Assembly (NCBI GenBank): GCA_018664485.1
Contig: JABJOE010000009.1
Span: 142,635-192,692 of the forward strand
Origin: Candidatus Uhrbacteria bacterium
GTDB lineage: Bacteria > Patescibacteriota > Patescibacteriia > UBA9934
Reading direction: 5' to 3'
DNA: 50,058 bases
This document shows, piece after piece, positions 49,479-50,058 of this stretch (position 1 is its first letter; each line of letters opens with the position of its first letter). Below the pieces are notes generated by a model. The model was given only the letters and a program-made list of their open reading frames with translations, ran no database searches and had not been told where the DNA came from. The position numbers were made by a program, and so were the translations under genes.

Positions 49479-50058
49479 CTAGGGCGTGGTCACGGTCAAG
49501 GTCATGTTGTGACCACCTTCGTAGTCGAAGTCCGTGACGGGTTCGCCGTTCCAGGTGAACCAGACATCGCTGCAGGTGTTCGTACCGTCGAAGTAGGCCG
49601 AATCACCCTGACTCGTACACAGCGACACCATATCGTCGGTGCTGCCGCTGGAGCCGTTGTCTGCATTGAACTCGACCACGGAAGTCACGGGCGCGTTGTA
49701 GCACGCACAAACCTCCTCCTCATCGGACGCCATCGCGACATAGCTGTCGCTCTGGTTGATCCACTGGGTGAAGTCGTAGCTGCCGGTGTCCCAGGCGTAC
49801 AAGTACCAGGTTCCCGTGCTGCCCGCGATGGGCGTGCCGCACAGGTTGTGGTAGTCATAGTCTGGGTTGACGGTGCTGTCCGCATCGTTGCAGTCGTCGT
49901 AGCCGGCATAGTAGCCGTCGCCGTCGTCGTCGATGAGCTCACAGGTCAGATCGATGTCTGCGTCGTCGTCGTCGCAGTCCTCGTCGTCGCCGTCGAAGTC
50001 GCCGTCGCCGTCGATGTCACAGTCGGTCTCGGAAACGGAGGTCGAAGCCTCGTCTCCG
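49479..50058 (-). CDS. C-terminal part of a high-GC, Asp/Cys-rich secreted-type protein (5' end beyond the window)
   Basis: The frame is open from the window end. Translation: ...DCDIDGDGDFDGDDEDCDDDDADIDLTCELIDDDGDGYYAGYDDCNDADSTVNPDYDYHNLCG...TLTVTTP*. The track shows only 49479..49802 (TTG start). 60 G+C in 100 nt by hand count. Confidence 0.75.
   Translation of the reverse strand, partial: GDEASTSVSETDCDIDGDGDFDGDDEDCDDDDADIDLTCELIDDDGDGYYAGYDDCNDADSTVNPDYDYHNLCGTPIAGSTGTWYLYAWDTGSYDFTQWINQSDSYVAMASDEEEVCACYNAPVTSVVEFNADNGSSGSTDDMVSLCTSQGDSAYFDGTNTCSDVWFTWNGEPVTDFDYEGGHNMTLTVTTP

Noticed and set aside
1-50058. Alternative genetic code (UGA recoding, as in some CPR lineages)
   Set aside because: All conserved genes (copA, eno, pgk, gap, xseA, dinB, metK, nirK) are uninterrupted under the standard code and end at ordinary stops.

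Overview
The window reads as the low-GC backbone of a small-genome bacterium. Hand counts give about 43-44 G+C per 100 nt in ppiB and nirK samples. The best fit is a CPR/Patescibacteria-like lineage (inference): it has a short EF-Ts, an archaeal-type UMP kinase and NMNAT, NirK, and many small membrane or hypothetical genes. The standard genetic code applies, and nearly all genes lie on the minus strand. Backbone genes, left to right: uvrB (partial), NMNAT-like, DUF362, tRNA-Gln, a copper module (Met-rich secreted protein, an HMA-TM-cupredoxin fusion, copA), a TsaB-like gene, a wHTH regulator, trmH-like, CYTH, ogt, nirK, rplJ-rplL, pyrH, xseAB, ppiB, metK, lexA, uppS, dinB, eno-pgk-doxX-gap and tsf-rpsB. 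No transposase, integrase, reverse transcriptase, cas gene or CRISPR array is visible. Four non-obvious signals stand out. (1) A dispersed family of roughly 115-170-bp imperfect-palindrome intergenic elements has at least 9 full or partial copies, often in tandem pairs. Copies start at or next to the stop codon of the upstream gene and end in a conserved ATGAACAC block just upstream of the next gene, including inside the rplJ-rplL and copper operons. Compensatory base changes occur between copies. (2) Single-gene, higher-GC cassettes carry their own host-type promoters and are bracketed by long direct repeats that duplicate a terminator hairpin (18.6-19.4 kb and 35.64-36.47 kb, 774 and 770 bp). 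A tandem-cassette island lies next to tRNA-Gln. (3) A very regular TTGACA-N16/17-TAnnnT promoter precedes several long structured leaders, a promoter/terminator-bounded transcript of about 360 nt, and three apparently leaderless genes. (4) There are candidate operators: a 24-bp palindrome containing a TACAnnTGTA cop box, and GTTC-N7-GTTC repeats on a lexA promoter. Every call comes from reading the sequence and the ORF track, with no database search. Product names for hypothetical proteins are motif-level inferences.
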